Assembly: GCA_001643675.2 (NCBI GenBank) | Contig: LSRY02000004.1 | Span: 434,001-498,000 of the forward strand | Direction: 5' to 3' | DNA from: Monocercomonoides exilis PA203 | Lineage: Eukaryota; Protista; Preaxostyla | DNA: 64,000 nt | Part shown: positions 57,801 to 64,000 of the stretch, in pieces | Numbering within the stretch: the first letter of the stretch is position 1 | Layout of the letters: the number at the start of each line of letters is the position of its first letter | Notes under the pieces: model-generated | Databases searched by the model: none | Told to the model about the DNA's origin: nothing | Seen by the model: the letters and a program-made list of their open reading frames with translations, nothing else | Program-made: the position numbers and the translations under genes

Positions 57801-60800
57801 CTTCATCATCTTCAGAGCCTTCTGAGGAACTTGACGTTGACTATGCCTCGATGCAGCGGAGGATCCCATTGTTTCCTCCACCCGAAGGGCCGCTTCTTGG
57901 AAGGCACCATTCAGAAGGGGAATATGCATTCTGGAAGAAAAAGGCTGAGCAGCGGAAGGCAATCCAAAACAAGTGGCTTCAGAGCGAAGCGAGAAACACA
58001 CCAAGTGAAAAGACGATCGGCAAGTCTTTGTCTTCGTCTTTGCCCACTGAAAAGCATTCTCATTCACCTTCACATTCACATTCACCACTGCGCGAAATGG
58101 ATGTGAGTGCAAAGGCTTTGATGGAGCCACCCCCAATTATTCTGGGATCAACCTCAGATATGTGGGGAGAAGATGCACCAGCTCCATACGAGATATTGGA
58201 AGGAGGACTGAGTTATAACCACTTGACATCCGGAGCATCTGTTCCGTATTCTTACGAAGACGATGAGTTGAAGCTGGCTTCTGAGATATACTCGCTTAGA
58301 AATGAGATGCCTCGTTCTGCTGTTCGCAAGGCACCTCCAAAGATGCGTCCGTTTTGCAAAAAGAACAACTATTTTGTGCAGACATGTGGACACACCATCC
58401 ACCTTGTGTGCTTTGCGCGGCTTATGATGAATTTGAATTATGAAGAAAATCCAAAGTTGAATGAAGATATTTTCTTGTTTCTCTGCCCTTTGTGCAAAAA
58501 ATTAGGCAACACGCTGCTTCCCATGGTCCCAGCAGCGGAGTTGACATCAACCAAGCAAAGAGACCCGAAGAAGAACCACGCATTCGAAAAGGCAGTTAAC
58601 AAGATGGTTATGCTATCGACTAAATTTAAGCAACACATTTCAAAAGCTGAAGAGTTAAGGCTCATTTTATCAAAAAAAGCAAGCGATGAAGCACTTTCAG
58701 AGTTTAATCAATTGCTTGACAGATACGACAACATTGAATCCAACGAGATCGTAAACAATATTGTGTCGATGTATACTGTTGAAAGGCAGAAACAAGGAAT
58801 TCTTGAGACTTCCGCACAAATAATTGCATTGACGGACAAAAACACTATCACACCAGATTCCAGCGAGGAGTCTATACATTCTCTTCCTTCACTGGCAAAC
58901 TCCACAATCATTGAAAGTGTGGAGCGCTCTGTTGGGCTCTTTTTCAACGCCTTTTTCGATTGCACTCGTTTCTTCAGATCGTTCTCAGCCAAGTCAATCA
59001 AGGCATTACACCAGAAAATTGTAAGAAGCGTTCAACAGTTACCAGAAGAACAACGTCCTCAGTATCCGACAGAGGAAGAGCTGGCGCTTGAGATTCTGCA
59101 GAACAAATATTGTGTAACTGGAATAAAGGCTGCGTCTCTCACGAAGCTGGCTTTTCCTGAATTGTGGTGTAACATTGTTGCCGATGCATGCGTCCGAGAG
59201 GATGGTACAGTTCCATGGGGGGATAATATTCCTTTTAACGCAGACGACGAGCTGATTCAGCGATCTTTCGTGAGGAATATACGCAGCAATAAGGCTTTAT
59301 ATCCCACCAATTCTTTCCGTGATGTTGCACCAGAAAAAATTTTAGCTGAATTTTCTAAAAAAATTAGCGTCAGTATTACGGCCGAGGTTATAAATCACAT
59401 TGCTAGTTCTCTAGAAAGACAAATTGCTGCTGACCAATCGAAAGATTCAGGCGATCCCGAGGAAAAGAAGGAAAGAAAAGAGAAGATGATGCGAGCTGTT
59501 GCATTGGTTGCCATAAGCATAGTGCAGCATCTTGATTTTTTGCGAGTGGATCCTCTGAGAGAGTTTGCAGATTCTACAAAGAAAACAGCTTCTTCAAAGA
59601 TGAAACGGTTTTCTGCACTGGAACAAGCATTGCTTTCAATTGATGATGCAATGTCTTCGACTGCTGCCTTGGGTGAATATGAAAAGGAAAAGGCTTCAAT
59701 TGCTCTTCTACAGAAGGCTATCAATAAAAGTCCCAGAACCGGAATTATTTTGATGAGATGCATGGAGCTGCTCGACGTTTTATCTCAGACCTATCCAAGT
59801 TTGAAGGATAAAGCACCAATTGCATCAAAATCTAATCCACTTGCATATTCTCAGTTGGATGAAATGGCATCTTCTTCCACAACTCGATCAATTGATGCAA
59901 CTTCAGAGTCGCATACATCGGAATCAATTGATTCTAGCTTTTCAGCTCAACAGGCGCTGATAACAGACTACAGCGCAATGAACAATGAAAAGCATAAATC
60001 TTCGTTGACATATCCGTTTATGGTTGATTTCGAAGACCGGATGATATCAACTGGGATGCCTCTTCTGGATGTGCTTGTTCACACCATCGCTTCAATTGAG
60101 TGGGGTTTGCGACCGCTGCCCCTTCCTGGAGGTGAGTGCTTGAACAATGTGCTTTCTGGCGCATCGCCATTGCAGCATCCGTCAAACAGCTCTGACTCAT
60201 TGAACCAATTTCCGCCTCTTTCTTCGAATCCTTCTTTTGCAAGCAGCATTCAGCTATTATCATCTCAGCCGTCGTCCTCTGTCCCATGCGCAACACGGCC
60301 ATTTGCATTGAGCTCGAAGCAAATTCTGGCCATTGGCAGCATTTTCCGTTCGTTGTGTGTGACTGCCATTACGCAAGCATCATCAACTCGTCTTTTAACT
60401 CCTCTTGACTCTAAGCTTTCGTTCATTCACAAACACCTGCAAAGAATAAATGCATTGTTTGATCAGGATTCCATTCCATTGGACTTCGACAATTTGATGA
60501 TGATTGAAAATTGCTCCTCAGATGTGTTTAATGAACTCTTTGGATTCTCTCTGGAGAACTTTAGAGAAGTCTTCAGAACTGACGAAAGAACAACTATGGA
60601 TGGAATTGAAAAGGCTGTGAAAAATGAATTCAATGCCATGCAATATGTATCAAAATTATTTGATCTTTTTGTTGCTCTTCGAGCTGAAGGCATGAGCTGG
60701 GCATCAATAACAGCGTTGTTTGATACAGCGCATCTTGAGCAAGAGCGCGGTACATCCGAATCATCTAGCCAAGCTGAATCAAATGATCAGTTCTCACAAT

Positions 60801-62386
60801 ACCATAAATTCGTATCTTCTGTTCAACAGACATTTTCATTTTTCCGTTCATATGTCGGAAGCGACCTTTTGTATTTGTTTGTGCATATTCTTCTTTTGGC
60901 ACTTGCTCAGCCTCAGTCAGCATTGTTTGAGGGACTTCCGTTCCATAAGACCGTGCTCGATTCAGAAAAGCCAGCGTATTGCTTCAATGCAATCACCCCT
61001 TCGATATTCGTGTCGTGTCTGCAACTTGTTCTGAGTCTTCTTCCTTTCTCTTCTTTTGACGAAGTTGTTTCGCAATCAGCATCTGATTCTGCTTCAAAAG
61101 CAACATCCAAATGCACCAAAGAGATTGCTTACAATGTTGCATTTGAGTGGTTGATGATCCATCCGGACTATCCGTTTGCTGTTTCATCATGGTTTGACCC
61201 ACGCAATGTTGCCTTTATGAAAATGGCATTTCTTCGGAGAGCCTTTCTCCTTTTCATGGCAATCTTTGGTCCACAAACAGATGAAAATACCACTTCATCA
61301 TCGGAATTTTCATTTGCAAATATTTCCACTGAAAAGCCAGACGAAGCCGTTGCTAACTTCATAAGCTACTTCTCATCACTGATATCATCTCCATTATATT
61401 CTCCAGATAAAAGGAACCTTAACGAAATTTCTTCAACCCTGCAAAATAAAGAATACTCGGAAAGCACTTCTGCTCCTTCTGAACATGACCGCTCTCCACA
61501 AGCAGCTACTAATGAAGAAGACAAAAGCATTTTTGACAGTGAGCAAAAGGAAGTGGCTTCTATTTATCTTTGCGACCTTGAGGAACTTCCAGTCTATCCT
61601 ACCCCAACCGAGGAGCAGCTCATGTCTTTCTTCGTTAATGTTTCACTCCTCTCCGTCTCAAAGCGACCAATAGCTTTTATTCCTCGCAACTCATTGTTGA
61701 TCCGTCAACCTTCAGTTCTCCTTCCTCGTTTGGTATCGCTGCCTCTCTCCTTCTTTAATCTGCGCTCGTTCAATCAATCAGCAAAATGCACTACTTGCAA
61801 ATGTCCTTGCTCAACTCTTGGAATTTGCTTAAGCTGCGGATCGCTGTTGTGCTTTTCAAAAGAATGTTGCAGCAAAGTTATGCCTTATTTTAACGCTGAT
61901 TCAAGATTCAGTTGCATCTATCAAAGAAGTCTAAAGATGAGCGAAGAGATTACACATTCAATGAATTGTTGCGGCTTTTCTGTTGTTATACCTTCAACTT
62001 CGTTGTCCACAATAGAATTTATATTCTCTTTGAATTATACTGCATTGTTTAGGTATGTAATCCCATGAACAATCTTTTTTTCCCACACATTTAATTCTCT
62101 AAATAATGATTTATTTATTGTTATTTAATTAGATGCGGACTTTATCTTGATGGCAATGGCGAAGAGGATATTGGATGGAAACGAGGAAGGCCTTTGTATT
62201 TGTCCATACCAAGGTTTGCAAATTTTTTCCTTTGTGCTTATGACCAAAGAAATTTGTTTGCAAACTCATTCTTTTAAACCAAACCAAAATAAAAACACTT
62301 TCACATTTGTAAACATAAAAATATTCAACAGATATGCCCAGTTATTGCAGATGATTTGCGAGCATCCGTTCAGCTTTGACTATTAA
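48896..62386 (+). CDS. UBR-box/RING-H2 E3 ubiquitin ligase (N-recognin, UBR1/2/3-PRT6 family), ~4,300 aa
   Basis: UBR box across 3 exons (KCNTCGT|QPGSCMCEACF..HIGHDY|GTCDCGD..W..GWCSRH); GMWQR motif; split RING CIHC..CGHTIHLVC..CPLC; C-terminal CLSCG..CC and YLDGNGEEDIG..RGRPLYL. Confidence 0.9.
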
Positions 62387-62757
62387 TCAGCACAGAAGGG
62401 AATTGCAGATTTAGGAGACTTCACTGAAGTCATTTTTTGAAGTTAATTGCTTTGTCAATTACTATTTTTTTAAATTCATTTACTCTATATAAAGAAAGAA
62501 ATTCTAATAAGAAGTTATTAATGTTATATTCGCTCAACCAAAATCTGAGCGCCTAAAACATCAATTTAAAGGAAACTTTAAAAAAATATTATGCTAACCA
62601 AACCACAAAAAGAAGATAGTTAAAATGAAATGAAAAGAGAGAGAGAAATCGAGTCCCAAAAGCAAAATAATTGCGCAAAATCATTATAAAAAAAAAAGAA
62701 AGATAGATAGAGAGGGAGAAGTATCATTACTAAAAAAGAAAAAATAAATAAATAAAA

Positions 62758-62789
<32 letters not shown>

Positions 62790-62854
62790 AAAAGTAATAA
62801 AATAAAATAAAATATTTTTTTTTGAATTGTTAAGAAAAGTCTTGAACTCAAAAA

Positions 62855-63859
62855 TCAAGACTTTTCCGCACTACTTGGAAACAGCTTTCTGGGCGGCCTA
62901 GGTCTGCGCGATCTTCTTCTATTATTGATATATCTTTGGTGTCTCTCTTCTGGACTGATACTTTTGCATTGTTGTATAATGCTGAAATTAAACGTCTGAA
63001 ACTGCCAGTAATTCTGAAAATTTCCAAATGGGTTGTAATAGATTTCATTAAAATGGGGATGTGTAGAAATGGTTTGCTTACGGTTAGAAACAGGCGCTTT
63101 TTGAGAACCTATGAGGTATGGGTCTGGTTGTTTTTTACCGAAAACACCATCCGCTTCGTATTTTCTTTGAGAGTCTGATGGTTCTGAGCTTTTTGTTAAA
63201 ACCAGATCCGTTGAATTATCCATTGAACGATTAATTAAATTGGATGCATGCATGATTTCCTTTTGAATGAAACCTTGTTCTTTGCTATTATATGAATCAT
63301 TATTGGGAAGTTTCAAAATATCCCATTCCACAACACCTTTAAAATCCATATGCTCAGAACTCTTAGCATCTTCACAAACAATTGGAACCTCGACTGAATC
63401 ACCGTAATCGTCTCTGTCTATATTCAAACATTCTTGTGTATTCCAAAAATCACTTTGAATTTCATATGATTGTTCAGTGCTCGTAAAAGGTAAAATGCAA
63501 TTCTCAGAACCCTCTGAATAGATTGAATAATCCTGATTTTCATCCATATTGCCTGATTGATGATCCCCCAAACTTGCAAAACCTTCTTCCATATCAGGAG
63601 GAAAACAAACCTCAAATGTCGTATTTCCCCCTTCAACAGAGTTTTGTGGAACCATCAATTCAAAAATGTCCTGGTCCCCTTGAAGATCAATGTTGCTTTT
63701 CGAGTTTTGTCTTTCATAGGAGAGATGATCATTTTCAGTTTGTACACATTGAAAATGGCTTAAAGAGGTCAAAATATTCTCTGGTCCAATAGTATTTTCA
63801 TAAATTTGTTCGTTAACAATGCATTCAATGCCTTCAACTTGTTCAAGTGGATAACACAT
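62855..63859 (-). CDS. hypothetical acidic protein with basic C-terminus (334 aa)
   Basis: 1-kb ORF in AT-rich surroundings; no family recognised. Confidence 0.65.
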   Translation of the reverse strand: MCYPLEQVEGIECIVNEQIYENTIGPENILTSLSHFQCVQTENDHLSYERQNSKSNIDLQGDQDIFELMVPQNSVEGGNTTFEVCFPPDMEEGFASLGDHQSGNMDENQDYSIYSEGSENCILPFTSTEQSYEIQSDFWNTQECLNIDRDDYGDSVEVPIVCEDAKSSEHMDFKGVVEWDILKLPNNDSYNSKEQGFIQKEIMHASNLINRSMDNSTDLVLTKSSEPSDSQRKYEADGVFGKKQPDPYLIGSQKAPVSNRKQTISTHPHFNEIYYNPFGNFQNYWQFQTFNFSIIQQCKSISPEERHQRYINNRRRSRRPRPPRKLFPSSAEKS

Positions 63860-64000
63860 CTAAAAGCTGTCAAATTTGATCTAATACATAACTTATGCTT
63901 GAAAAAGTTATTCCCATCATTTTTTGTTCTTTAAAAAAATATTTTCTTTGTTAAAAAAGGATTACAAGAAATTTTCTTGAAACATTGCTCTTGGAAAAAT

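Noticed and set aside
62880-62960. CCT-like DNA-binding motif in ERHQRYINNRRRSRR
   Set aside because: Too short and lacks the rest of the motif; only a basic NLS-like patch is supportable

Overview
This is AT-rich, intron-dense eukaryotic nuclear DNA in the standard code, with poly-Ser/poly-Glu insertions and GTTTG-type donors. It most resembles an oxymonad (Monocercomonoides-like) genome; that assignment is my inference. Genes in order: XRN1 (runs off the left edge), an HGH1 pseudogene, a degenerate copy of a lineage-expanded helical family, a complete pogo/Fot1-type DD35D transposon, a Ser-rich giant protein, a SNAP, TBCA, an SLC35B transporter, a 4-exon MED11-like gene missed by the ORF track, QTRT1, cyclin B, a secretory-pathway glutaredoxin head-to-head with ATG6/Beclin, a coiled-coil protein and an FtsX/MacB-type permease. 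A 5.8-kb gene-free block follows, holding a MITE, a ~1-kb palindrome between TGACA-motif clusters and a DIRS remnant. After it come a ~4,300-aa UBR-box N-recognin and one hypothetical gene. Best leads: the symmetric palindrome/TGACA locus, a recurrent TGATCA candidate promoter element, MED11, three GC-AG introns and the ER-type glutaredoxin. All gene models and motif counts were made by hand.
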